This document shows positions 20,910-32,277 of a stretch of 64,000 bases of DNA, piece after piece (position 1 is the stretch's first letter; each line of letters begins with the position of its first letter). The stretch lies in assembly GCA_035193785.1 (NCBI GenBank), contig CP136572.1:896001-960000 (forward strand). Direction: 5' to 3'. Under the pieces are notes generated by a model, which worked only from the letters and a program-made list of their open reading frames with translations, did no database searches and was not told the DNA's origin. The stretch comes from Planktothrix sp. GU0601_MAG3 (lineage in GTDB: Bacteria > Cyanobacteriota > Cyanobacteriia > Cyanobacteriales > Microcoleaceae). The position numbers and the translations under genes were made by a program.

Positions 20910-22834
20910 ATGGTACCCAGAGAATTTTTAAAGACTGTAGCTGCGAGAGTTGGAATTTCCGACAATGAACTGGAAGTGATGGCGCGGGCAATCCAAGGAG
21001 AGCCCATGACCGCGATTTCTAAGCAATTAGGGGTTCGCAAGGATGCCCTGCAAAAGCGATTGGGGGAGGTGTATAGGAAGTTAAACATCAGTGGTGCTGG
21101 CCCAGGAAAATTAGCCAAACTCCAGCAAAAGTTGCTGTCGGAATATCAAGCTGAGGGCAATAATCAAGGGGGACAAATTAACGGTCAATCTGGCCGCAAA
21201 AAACGGTCTATGAGTGGCCTTGATCCCCAAGGTTTCAGTAGTAATATTTCCATTGATTGGGGGAATGCTCCTAAATTGGGAGTCTTTTATGGCCGTTTCC
21301 GATGCCCTGGTCACTTTAAAACAAGGATTAGTTACCGAACGCGCTCACCTGATGATTTTAGAGGGGATGGGAGGCATTGGGAAAACTGCCTTGGGGGTGA
21401 AATTGGTACAGGAAATCGCCCCGGACTTTGACCAAGTGATTTGGCGATCTCTCCGAGATAAACCTTCCCCCAGTGAGTTCATCGCCTCAGCTTTTCCTGA
21501 ACATTCTCAAGCACCCCTAGATTGGGATGATTCGGAACAGATTGCTCAATTGTTAAAAAGTTTGTCCGATTCTCGATATTTGTTGGTGATTGATGAGGTA
21601 GAATATATCTCACAACTTGGTAGTAAAGATGCGGCTTTCAAAAGTTATGAATCTTTATTTCAACAAATTAGCGAATCCTCCCATCGCAGTAGTGTTTTAT
21701 TAATCGGTTGGGAATTTCCGCAATCCTGGCAACAGTTCGCGTCTAAACCCCCTGTGCAACTCACTGGTTTATCGGAACAAGACGCTCAACAAATGGTTTT
21801 GTCCGGTCAAGAAACCTTCTATTTAGATGGAAAATTCCTCTCGGAATTGATTCATTTATGTGGTGGGAATCCCTTGATTTTAAAATTATGGGCGGCTAAG
21901 ATTCCTGATCTTACGGTGAGAAATTTGACGAAACTCATCAAGCAAAATACCTTAGTGATTGAGGAATTAGTGCGTCAATCCCTACGGGCGGAGCAGGAAT
22001 TGTCGGAGCTTGAAATTCGTCTGGTCTGTTGGTTAGCCGTCAATCAAAAATCTGCAACTTTGAGTGAGTTGGCAACGGATTTGATCCTTTCGGAAACGGA
22101 AGCGGAAGTACAGACTTCCTTAGACTTTTTAGTCGAGCGATCGCTATTAGAAACAACAACTTCCGGCCCTCCTATTGCCTATACAGTTAATAGTCATTTC
22201 CGAAGAGAAGTCTGGTATCAGTTGATGGGTAAATCCTTTAATGAATTGGGTTATAAACACTATTTAGAAGGGGAATTTCAATCGGCTAAAACCAATTTAT
22301 TGCAAGCCATTCGCTATCATGGGGCTTTAAGTGCGGGTCATTATAATTTAGGTTCGACCTATGAAAAACTCGACCAGTTTGAGGAAGCCAAAAAACATTA
22401 TCAAATTCTAGTCGATGTGGATAATAACCGGGCGGCCCAAGCGGCGGTTAATAATTTAGCACGATTGGAAATTTTAGATGGCAAAACCGAGGAAGCCATT
22501 GATAAATTAGAAAAAACCTTGGCACAGGTTAAGGATAAAGGAATCCGAGCCGCTTTGTATAAAAATTTAGGGTGGGCTTATTTCCTAGAAAACAATCCAA
22601 AACAGGCTGAAGTTGAGTTACGTCAATCCTTAGAATTAAAAGAATCTAATGTGGTGGCTTACTATATTTTAGCTCAAGTTTTGGAAGCCCAAAATCGCCA
22701 TAAACAAGCCCTACCTTTTTGGAAAACTGCTTTGGAAACAGGACGAATTAGATCAGAAATCTAATGGTGTTAGCTGGCGTTTACCCGAATTGCTGGCTTG
22801 GCGCATGACCGCCCGCCAACGCTTGCCAAAATAA
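20910..22834 (+). CDS. STAND NTPase: N-terminal HTH, NB-ARC, C-terminal TPRs (frameshifts ~21295 and ~22735)
   Basis: HTH-like AISKQLGVRKDALQKRLGEVYRKL; DWGNAP...FYGR; Walker A GMGGIGKT; Walker B LLVIDE; GNPLIL; TPRs YNLGSTY and YKNLGWAY. Confidence 0.85.
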
Positions 22835-22879
22835 TTCCTGATGGTCTCTTTCCCCTGGTTTCCTGGCCGGGGGAATGAA

Positions 22880-23692
22880 TTATAATTCAATAGAATTATG
22901 GGAGGGAATAATTTTAACATCGGGATTATTTCGATATAACTGATTAATTTTTTTCAAGGTTTCTCGATAGGCGGTTTTATCGGCAAACAAGATATCCGCA
23001 ATTCGTTGGGGATAAATTAATTCCTGATACGCCCGATTTAACCAGCAAGCATCGGCAATTAAAAAATACTGTTTTCCCCTATTATCCGTTAAATATAAAC
23101 CCATTTGTCCCACCGCATGACCCGGTAATTCAATGGCAATTAAACTGCCATCTCCGAATAAATCAAACCCCTGTGCAAAGGGTTTTAGATTTTCTGGTAA
23201 TGTTACGGTATGATGATTTTCCACAAAAATCACCCGCTTCTCAAAATTATCTGGCATCAAACCCGATAAAAAACCCGCTTTTAATGCGGAAAAACCCCGT
23301 TTATTTTTAATAGCATTATATCCCGATTCAGAACAGATAAATTTTGCTTGAGGAAAATCTTTTAATCCCCCAATATGATCGGCATGGAAATGGGAAATCA
23401 TAATATATTTTATATCCTCGGGTGCAATTCCTAACTGTTCTAGTTGAGCCATAGCACTTTCTTGCGGTTGCAAATAAACCGGGGTTAATACCGCATACAG
23501 TTTATTAGGTAGAGATTGGGTTTCTTGATAAAATCGTTCAGAATATCCCGTATCAAATAAAATCCACCCCACCGGATGACGAATTAAGGCAAGTAACGCC
23601 GGAAAAACCACGGGTTTCCAACTTTCCCCCGGAAGCACCATAACTTCTGGATGGGTACAATATCCCGCCTTTAAAAACGTAATTTCCACCAT
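22880..23692 (-). CDS. MBL-fold metallo-hydrolase
   Basis: FDTGY, SHFHADHIGG, LPGHA, ADACW, PSH. Confidence 0.9.
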   Translation of the reverse strand: MVEITFLKAGYCTHPEVMVLPGESWKPVVFPALLALIRHPVGWILFDTGYSERFYQETQSLPNKLYAVLTPVYLQPQESAMAQLEQLGIAPEDIKYIMISHFHADHIGGLKDFPQAKFICSESGYNAIKNKRGFSALKAGFLSGLMPDNFEKRVIFVENHHTVTLPENLKPFAQGFDLFGDGSLIAIELPGHAVGQMGLYLTDNRGKQYFLIADACWLNRAYQELIYPQRIADILFADKTAYRETLKKINQLYRNNPDVKIIPSHNSIEL

Positions 23693-23707
23693 ATTTTGTT
23701 GTTGCTG

Positions 23708-23726
23708 GTTGTTGCGCTTCAGCGCA
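23708..23726 (+). repeat. GTTG-type REP-like hairpin GTTGTTGCGCTTCAGCGCA
   Basis: Related inverted pair at 29643-29709. Confidence 0.6.
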
Positions 23727-23731
23727 TCCTA

Positions 23732-24718
23732 TCAAAATTTCCCACATCTCACAAACTCATCCAACCCCTGTTCCATCGAAATTAGAGGTTCATACCCTAA
23801 CTTGATTTTAGCCGATGTAATATCCAAGGTTTGGCTAAAGGCTAATAAACCCAGAGTATAACGAGTTAAAGGAGGTTCTTGTTCGGTTAATAAGTATTTA
23901 TAAATCCATTCCATTGCTGTTGATAGAGTATAGGCGATCGGGTATGGTAACGGTTTAAAATTTAAGGAAATATTCAGTTTTTCCGATAATCTTTGTAATA
24001 AATTAAACAATTCTATCGGTTCACCATTGCTAATATTAAAATATTCTCCTAATACCTGATCTGGTGCGGTTTGACATAATAACAACCCATCCACAACATT
24101 ATCAATATAAGTCATATCAATAATAGCCTTTCCCCCATTAATTAAGGGAATCCCCGTTGTTTCACTCACCTTTAAAAGTCGAGGAAAAATCACCGTATCC
24201 CCAGGGCCAAAAATTCCCCTAGGACGAATAGAAACTACAGGTAAACCATTTTGAAACCCGCGATTAATTTCCTGTTCGGCTAATTGCTTGGTTTTAATAT
24301 AAGGATGAATTGGATAGGGAGCTAAATTATCGGTTTCTTTGATATTAAACCGATGGGATAAATTAAAATAAACCGCCGAAGTGGAAACATAAATTAAACG
24401 TCTGACTCGATGGGTTAAACAGCTTTGAATAATATTACGAGTTCCGAGCACATTTGTTAAGTAAAAATCCGCCTCCCGTCCCCAAGGAGAGGATAACGCC
24501 GCACAATGAAACACATCCTCTTGTTCTGAAATAGCTGATAATATTTTATCGGAATTTGTAATATCAACGGATAAAAATTTAAGTCCTAATTGTTGTAAGC
24601 GATCGCCTATAATTAAGTTACGACCTAAAACCGTAACATCCTGACCTAAAGAATGTAATTTTAACGCCAATTTCTGCCCTAAAAATCCAGTTCCCCCCGT
24701 AACTAAAACCTTTTTCAT
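23732..24718 (-). CDS. NAD-dependent epimerase/dehydratase (3-beta-HSD/OleD-like extended SDR)
   Basis: VTGGTGFLG, HCAALSSPWG, YIKTK, RPRGIFGPGD. Confidence 0.9.
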   Translation of the reverse strand: MKKVLVTGGTGFLGQKLALKLHSLGQDVTVLGRNLIIGDRLQQLGLKFLSVDITNSDKILSAISEQEDVFHCAALSSPWGREADFYLTNVLGTRNIIQSCLTHRVRRLIYVSTSAVYFNLSHRFNIKETDNLAPYPIHPYIKTKQLAEQEINRGFQNGLPVVSIRPRGIFGPGDTVIFPRLLKVSETTGIPLINGGKAIIDMTYIDNVVDGLLLCQTAPDQVLGEYFNISNGEPIELFNLLQRLSEKLNISLNFKPLPYPIAYTLSTAMEWIYKYLLTEQEPPLTRYTLGLLAFSQTLDITSAKIKLGYEPLISMEQGLDEFVRCGKF

Positions 24719-24739
24719 ATTCAGACTGAACTCAAGATA

Positions 24740-25973
24740 TTATAACGGTTCAATTTCAATGGAAACCCCAGTTTTTTTGGCATCGGGATCAAATTCAACA
24801 GTTAATTGGGGTAAACAACTTAAACGGTCATCAATTAATACCCCCGCACCATTTAAAGTTAACGCATCTAAACAAGCACCTGCTAAATTATCAATATCGG
24901 AATTTGTCCGATGATTTCCGAATAATTTAATCACAATTGCCGCTTTGCGTAAAGGAAATTTATGGGTAATATTTTGTTCTGAAATTTGCCGATAGATTTC
25001 TACTTCTGCACGATTTCGCCAAGCCCGATAACGGGGTGGTAAATAGGTTCCATTTTTAGTTACCCGAGGACGAGCTTTTGGAACAACAACACCAGGAATC
25101 ATTAATTTAATAATTTCTGCGGTTTTTCTCGGCGGTTTGGGCGGGTTAATGGGTGGAGGTTTCCGGGGGGTTAATAGCAGTAAATTCAACATCAATACTG
25201 GATTCTTTGGGGTTAATTTGAATCCGAGTTACAGGGGATTCTAATATTTCTAATGGCTCCTGAATTGAAGTGGTTGATTCAGTTAAAATCCCCGGTAGAG
25301 ACGTGCCATGGCGCGTCTCTCCACGGCTCTCTAAATAGCTCTCTCCACGGCTCTCTAAATAGCTCTCTCCATGGCTCTCTAAATAGCTCTCTCCTGCATA
25401 GAGTGTCTCTGGATTTAATAACGGAAAATCAGGTTTTGGAGATAGAATTTGAGACGATTTATCAGAAATATTTTTAACTTCATCCGTTGAATTTTGAACT
25501 TGAGAATATGGTAGAATCGGAATAATTAGGTTTTTTGCAGGTTGGGGCTGATAATCAATAGCCAAGGAAAAAATACCTGGATTTACCCCAGGCATTTTTT
25601 TGGCAATTTGCATATACATGGTGGCCGTTTGTTGGGAAAAAGTGAAATGTTCCTGAAACCAAACTTGCCAGTGTTCCGGGGATAATTGAGTTTGAACGTG
25701 TAGTAACCATTCCCCCGCATTACGCGCATGAATTAAGGAGGTTTGTGGGGAATCTAAACACTGTTTGTGTTCTTGATTAATCCGTTGGGCAAAATCGTCT
25801 AAAGTGGGCAGAGGGGGTTGAGAATCACTGAGGATTTGTAAATAGGTAGATAACATTAAATAAAAGTTTTGAAGTGCAACGGGGCTGCGATAGAAACTTT
25901 CCCCCATCCAGGAGAAAAAGGGGGAGGTTACAGGGTCAGAATGGGGGGAAAAGGGTTGATTCACTAACGCCAA
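24740..25973 (-). CDS. Probable DUF3102-like domain fused to a RusA-family endodeoxyribonuclease (frameshift ~25159)
   Basis: N-terminal AGEWLLHV...WQVWFQEHFTFSQQTATMYMQIA; C-terminal PKARPR...DIDNLAGACLDAL...DD; repair gives a continuous INPPEPPPINPPKPPRK. Confidence 0.7.
25295..25394. repeat. REP-like palindrome plus 3x24-bp tandem repeat inside a CDS
   Basis: GTAGAGACGTGCCATGGCGCGTCTCT then (CTCTCCA(C/T)GGCTCTCTAAATAGCT)x3; encodes (GESYLES[H/R])3-GETRHGTSL. Confidence 0.9.
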
Positions 25974-26054
25974 TCAAGATAATGATTAATTCAGAACATT
26001 CAGTTAAGTTTTAGCATCTTTTATTCAAAACTATCCGTTTTGTTATTTGATGTT

Positions 26055-26787
26055 TTACTTAACTAAAACTCCGGGTTCTTTTTGCATGGGCAGCACATCT
26101 AAAATATCCTCTTGGGCGCAATACTGCAAGTCTTCATAACACCCTAAACGCAATAATCTTTGACCATGACTGGCATGATTTAATAATTCAAACAGGTTAT
26201 TTTGCCATTGGGAATAAAGAGAAATAGCGGCAAAAACCTCATCATTTCCCGCAAAATCATCCAAAGGATAACCCATTTCATGGACTAAATTTTGGGCCAC
26301 TGCTCCAGCACAGGCGGTGTCTTCGATGGAAAAACTACCTTCCCAACCAGAACCCAATACCCAAACGGTTTCTGGACTTTTGGCGATTAAATATTCCACA
26401 ATGGCCCGTCGATTAATAAAAGCGGCAGTTAAAACAACTGGGGTGGCTTGTATCCGTTCTAAACTGCGGGTTTCCGTTGGTCGTGGTCATAAACAATCGT
26501 TTGTCTTTGACAAATTCCGGGGTACAACTGAGGGGAGAATTGCCCAAATCAAACCCCTCCACCTTGGCCCCGCCCCGTTCACCGACCCGGATGCGTTTAT
26601 CGGCGGGCCATTTTTCGCTGGTTTGCATCAACGAGTCAATGTTACTAAAAACCTGTACCGCTTCGGCTCCAGCATTTAAGGCGGTGGCGATGGTGGTGGT
26701 GGCGCGGAGCACGTCCACGACGATGGCACAGTCGGGAAGAACATTCGCGGGGGCTAGTTCAGGAGTATGATAGACAAAAAATTTCAC
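26055..26787 (-). CDS. comB: 2-phosphosulfolactate phosphatase family protein (frameshift ~26470)
   Basis: [36 protein letters not shown]. Confidence 0.9.
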
Positions 26788-26911
26788 GGTTGGGGTTATG
26801 TTTGATAGAATTGTCAGTTTTTATTTTACATAAAATTTGATCAATTTTTGATCATTAGATGAATTAAATCTTAAATTGACGAATACTTTTGTGTAATTAT
26901 AGCATGGTTTT

Positions 26912-28094
26912 ATGAATAATCAACGAATTTTATTTTTAAGTAATGGTCACGGCGAGGATACCTGTAATGGGGAAATTATTAAGGCGTTATTATCCTTAGA
27001 TGCCAATGTTCAAATGGCGGCAGTTCCTATTGTGGGAGAGGGCAATATTTATCAAGGGTTGGGAGTTCCAATTCTGACTCCGACTCGAACCATGCCATCG
27101 GGGGGATTTTTATATATGAATCCTTGGGTTTTTTTGCAGGATATCGCCTCGGGTTTAATGGGTTTATTGGGGAAACAATTACAAATTATTGGGCAACAGG
27201 CGGCATATTATGATGTTTTGATGGTAACGGGAGATATTGTGGTAGCTGCGATCGCTTATTTCACCCAAAAACCCTATATTATTTTTCTTTCTGCCTATTC
27301 TAGTTATTATGAAGGGAAACTTAATTTAGGGTTAATTTTACCTTTTTTGCTCAAGTCTCCTCGCTGTTTGGCTGTATTTACACGGGATCAGTTTACCGCA
27401 GATGATTTACAAAATCAAGGGATTAAAAAAGCTCAATTTGTCGGGACTCCCATGATGGATAATCTTACCCCAAGGGGAGTTAATTTAAACCTTGATTCTG
27501 AATCCCTAATGATTGCTATTCTTCCAGGTTCTCGTATTCCTGAAGCTAGAAATAATTTAATCTTGCTGTTAAAATTAGTGAAAATAATTGATCAAATTAG
27601 TGACCAAACAATTCAATTTAGAGTAGCTGCGGTAGCTAGTTTAATGGCGGAATTAGATGAAATTGCCAGAGGTTTAAATTGGCAACATCAAAACGGCAGA
27701 TTAACCAATAAAAAGGGTTTAGAGGTTATTTGTTATGCTGATAGTTTTGCCGATATTTTAAATGCGGCTAATTTAGTCATAGGAATGGCGGGAAACTGCG
27801 AACGAACAAGCTGTTGGTTTGGGAAAACCAGTGATTACAATTCCTGGGAATGGCCCAGCATTTAACTATCGGTTTGCCGAGGCACAATTAAGATTATTAG
27901 GATTATCAATTCAACTCATCGGAACTAAACCTGCGGATGATTTTATCTTAAATCAAGCTGCCGAAAAAGTCAATCAAACCTTAGAAAATACCGAGTATTT
28001 AAAATTATGTTTAGATAATGGAGAACGACGCATGGGAAAACCTGGAGGAAGTTTAAAAATTGCTAATTTTGTTTTAAGCTATAGTGGGGAATAG
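26912..28094 (+). CDS. Lipid-A-disaccharide synthase-related cyanobacterial glycosyltransferase (frameshift ~27792)
   Basis: LSNGHGED, MPSGGF, LPGSR, repaired GMAGTANEQAVGLGKPV. Confidence 0.85.
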
Positions 28095-28207
28095 GGAAAA
28101 AACTTGACTTTATAAGTTTACCGTGTTAGGGTTTGCTCCAACTGTTCGGCGCGATTGCCATATCAATGAAAACCAAGTTTTAAAAACTCTAAACTTTAAA
28201 AATAGTT

Positions 28208-29639
28208 ATGAAAAAAGTTTTATTCAGTAGTTTAATCTCTCTATTTAGTTTATCTCAACCCGTTTGGGGTCAAACCACTTCACCCGCTACAAAAATTTGT
28301 CCTGCGGAATTAGAACCTGCGATTAATGCGATCGCAAATCGTCCTCAATTTCAACAGTCTCGGTGGGGAATTTTAATCGAAACTCTCACTAACAATATAA
28401 CCGTTTATGATCGAGATAGTCAATATTATTTTATTCCCGCTTCCACGGCTAAACTATTAACAACAGCCGCCGCCCTACAAAAATTAGGAGCAGATTTTAG
28501 GATTAGGACTTCTGTTTATGGAGATACTCAAGGCAATATTTATATTGTCGGGAGAGGTGACCCTAGCTTAACAGAAACTCAACTAAAAGATCTAGCCCAA
28601 CAGCTAAAAAAAAGGGGTATAAATCAGATTAATCAATTAATCGCTGTAGATGGTTATTTTACCGGTTTACCCATTCATCCAACTTGGCAATGGGAAGACG
28701 TGCAAGCGGGTTATGGAGCCCCGAGTAATAGTTTAATCTTAAATCAAAATTCCCTAGATTTAAAATTAGCCCCCCAAGCTGTCGGACAACCCCTAAAAGT
28801 GACCTGGGTACGTCCCGAACAAGCAACGGGATGGACAATAGAAAATCAAACCCAAACTGTTAAAGAAAATGAACCGGAATTTGTGAAAATTGGGCGGGAT
28901 TTCAGCCAACCTATTATTAGAGTTTCGGGACAATTAAGAGTAGGTGAAGCACCGGAATCCGTTTATGCTGCTGTTATCGAACCAACTGATAACTTTATTC
29001 AACAATTCCAGAAAATTTTAATTAATTCTGGAATAAAAGTGTTAAAAACCTCAATTTCTTCTAATTTTGCCCATCCCCAAGAAGAATTAGCCTTTGTGGA
29101 ATCTCCTCCCTTGGCAGAATTAATTAAAACCATAAACCTAGAAAGTAATAATATTTTTGCTGAATCTTTATTAAGAACATTAGGGGCGCAAAATCATAGT
29201 TCTGATAGCGTGGAATCGGGACTCAAAGAAATCAAATTAATTTTAAATCAATTGGGCATTGATCCCAAGGGTTATCAACTATTTGATGGTTTCAGGACTG
29301 TCTCGGAATAATTTAGTTACGCCCTTGACTTTAGTACAAACCTTGAGAATAATGGCGACTTCTCCCATTGCAGAATTATATCAAAATTCTCTCCCCATCG
29401 GGGGAGTAAGTGGCACATTAAAAAGACGCTTTACAGATAATTCTGCCACGGGAATTGTACAAGCTAAAACCGGAACTATGGGCGGAGTTACTTCTTTATC
29501 CGGGTATATTTCCCCCCCAGATTATCAACCATTAGTGTTTAGTATTACCATTAATCAAAGCAACTTATCTACTCAACAACTCAGAGAAGCTGTTGATGAA
29601 ATAGTATTACTATTAACCCAATTAAAATCCTGTCCCTAA
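28208..29639 (+). CDS. dacB: D-alanyl-D-alanine carboxypeptidase/endopeptidase PBP4 (frameshift ~29289)
   Basis: PASTAK (SxxK), GRGDP, SNN, DGSGLSR, KTG. Confidence 0.92.
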
Positions 29640-29642
29640 ACC

Positions 29643-29709
29643 GTTGTTGCGCCGTTGTTGCGCATCTTATCTTAATTAAAAATAATAATATGCGCTGAAG
29701 CCCAACAAC
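29643..29709. repeat. Inverted pair of GTTG-type REP-like units (REPIN-like)
   Basis: GTTGTTGCGC...TGCGCTGAAGCCCAACAAC. Confidence 0.55.
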
Positions 29710-29752
29710 ATTTGATATAATATTGATTATATTTAATCAATAAAAATTTAAG

Positions 29753-30607
29753 ATGAACTCACCCACAGCAACTTTATTAGTTTCTTGTCCCGACCAAAAA
29801 GGTTTGGTTGCCAAAATTGCTAATTTTATTTATTCCAATGGGGGAAATATTATTCATGCCGATCAACATACGGATTTTAGTGCTAATATTTTTTTAACCC
29901 GAATTGAATGGCAATTAGAAGGATTTAATTTACCGCGTGATGTGATTTCGCCGGCTTTTAGTGCGATCGCAAAACCTTTAAATGCGAATTGGGAACTACG
30001 TTTTTCCGATACCATTCCCCGGTTATCTATTTGGGTGACAAAACAAGATCATTGTCTATTAGATTTACTCTGGCGATGGCAAGCCAAAGAAATTATTGCT
30101 GAAATTCCGTTAATAATTAGTAATCATGCTAACTTAAAACCTATTGCCGATCAATTTGGCATTAATTTTCATCATTTACCCATGACAACAGAAAATAAAT
30201 TAGAACAAGAGAATCAACAGTTAGAACTTTTAAAACAACACCAAATTGATTTAGTAGTTCTCGCTAAATATATGCAGATTTTAACCCCTAAAATTGTCGA
30301 TAATTTTTCCCAAATTATCAATATTCATCATTCATTTCTTCCCGCTTTTGCCGGGGCAAATCCCTATCAAAGAGCGCACGAAAGGGGGGTTAAAATTATC
30401 GGTGCAACCGCCCATTATGTAACCGCCGATTTAGACGAAGGGCCAATTATTGAACAGGATGTTGTGCGGGTCAGTCATCGGGACACCGTAGCAGATTTAA
30501 TTAGAAAAGGCAAGGATTTAGAACGATTAGTTTTAGCTAGAGCCGTTCGTTTACACTTGCAAAATCGCGTGTTAGTCTATGGAAATCGAACCGTTGTTTT
30601 TGCTTAA
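29753..30607 (+). CDS. purU: Formyltetrahydrofolate deformylase
   Basis: CPDQKGLVA ACT domain; INIHHSFLPAF, GATAHYVT, LDEGPIIEQ. Confidence 0.95.
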   Translation: MNSPTATLLVSCPDQKGLVAKIANFIYSNGGNIIHADQHTDFSANIFLTRIEWQLEGFNLPRDVISPAFSAIAKPLNANWELRFSDTIPRLSIWVTKQDHCLLDLLWRWQAKEIIAEIPLIISNHANLKPIADQFGINFHHLPMTTENKLEQENQQLELLKQHQIDLVVLAKYMQILTPKIVDNFSQIINIHHSFLPAFAGANPYQRAHERGVKIIGATAHYVTADLDEGPIIEQDVVRVSHRDTVADLIRKGKDLERLVLARAVRLHLQNRVLVYGNRTVVFA

Positions 30608-30636
30608 GTAGTAGTTCAAAATTAAGGAATTATCAA

Positions 30637-31182
30637 ATGAGTCAAACCTTAGAAGATTTAAAGATAGAATGGAACGCCATTAAAGCTCAAGCTGATGCGG
30701 TCAAAGCTGAATACGAAGGGTTAAGAAGCAAACGTTCTAACTTTCATGTTACCATTTTCTTGTCCTCCGATGCTTCCCCAGAATCCCTAGCCACCTTACA
30801 ACAACAAACCCAATCTGAAGCCCAGCGCTGGTCATTGAATTTACAACAACTTGACCAGGAAATTCAAACCACTCGCATTAAATTAAGACAATTTCGGGCT
30901 AAACTGGCCGTTAAACAGGCTCAAATTTATCGCTTTCAGGCTCAAAAAAATTGGATTGAACTCAAAAAAAATTATGACCGCATTAATCAATTAGCTAATC
31001 ATTTAGAGGAAGAAATTATGGGATTTTATAAAATCGCAGAAAATTTTGAACCTATTTCTGAAGAATGGCTTCCCAAACATCCTCAATTGTTAGAATTAGA
31101 AATTATTAATATTCCCTATATACAAACAGAGGAGAAACAATTTAAGATAATCAGTAAACCGATTAATTTTAATCTGGAATGA
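30637..31182 (+). CDS. Hypothetical coiled-coil protein
   Basis: 181-aa ORF, Q/E/K-rich, AAGGA RBS, stop overlaps next start (ATGA). Confidence 0.65.
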   Translation: MSQTLEDLKIEWNAIKAQADAVKAEYEGLRSKRSNFHVTIFLSSDASPESLATLQQQTQSEAQRWSLNLQQLDQEIQTTRIKLRQFRAKLAVKQAQIYRFQAQKNWIELKKNYDRINQLANHLEEEIMGFYKIAENFEPISEEWLPKHPQLLELEIINIPYIQTEEKQFKIISKPINFNLE

Positions 31183-32256
31183 AGGTAAAACCATGGATTA
31201 AGATTTTTTTCTGGGCGGTAATTGTGATGGGAATTATTATCGGATACTATTCTGGATTCTCCGACGATAAAATAGAGCCAATTGCTGTCTATTCTCAACC
31301 TCAGATTACGCTTTCTCCTTCCCTAATTGATCCTCAAATTGATACAATTGATCCGGCTCAACTCGGGAGTCATCTGAAAGTATTGGTGGGGGAAAGATTT
31401 CAAGATTCTGATCGAGAAAGGGTACGAAATTATTTGATCAAACAATTAGAATTATTTAACTTTTCTCCCAGTTTACAATCCTTTGATCAGGGTGTTAATA
31501 TTGTAGCAGAACATCTAGGAACCGATCCAAAAGCCGGAGTCATCTTACTGGCTGCCCATTATGATACGGTTTCCCAATTCTCCGGGGGCTGATGATAATG
31601 CCAGTGGGGTAGCGGTAGTTTTAGAAATTGCCCGTTTGTTGGCACAAAAAAACACCCCTCGCAGCTTAAAAATTGTCTTTTTTGATCAAGAAGAAGTCGG
31701 GCTTTTAGGCAGTTTTGCCTTTACGGAAAAACCCAAAAATCTGACAAATTTACAAGCGGCAATTATCTTAGATATGGTGGGTTATGCCTGTCATTTACCC
31801 GGTTGTCAAACCTATCCTTCAGGACTTGCTGTAACTCCGCTTTTAGAAGCTGCTGGAGTGAAATTTCCAGACCGAGGCGAATTTTTAACCGTAGTGGGGG
31901 AAGTCCAAAATTTATCCCTATTAAAAGTGTTTCAAATGGTCGGTCAATTTCTGAGAACATCAACCTCTAATTCCCTTCGGTTTCCGCCCCTTGTAGCTGT
32001 ACCTATTCCCTTAAAAGGTTTGGTCACACCGGATGTTTTACGCAGTGATCATGCGCCCTTTTGGTATCAAGGAATTCCGGCGGTTTTAATCACCGATACA
32101 GCGAATTTGCGATCGCCCCATTACCATCAACCCAGTGACACTATCGCCAATTTAGATCCCAACTTTTTTGAAGGATCAGCCGCAATCATTTATAATGTAG
32201 TTGTTGAACTTCTGAATAGTCAGACCTCCTTTAATCTTCCCCCTGCCCTTAATTAA
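31179..32256 (+). CDS. M28 family peptidase (frameshift ~31569)
   Basis: AHYDT, GADDNASG, EE, LDMVG, RSDHAPF, YHQPSD. Confidence 0.9.
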
Positions 32257-32277
32257 ATCAATTATTTTTTATCTAAT

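Noticed and set aside
19121..24718. Canonical oleABCD olefin operon
   Set aside because: No OleB alpha/beta hydrolase or OleC AMP-ligase is present; the companions are an MBL hydrolase and a glycosyltransferase
24740..25973. Prophage remnant
   Set aside because: No integrase, structural or other phage genes nearby; flanked by ordinary chromosomal genes
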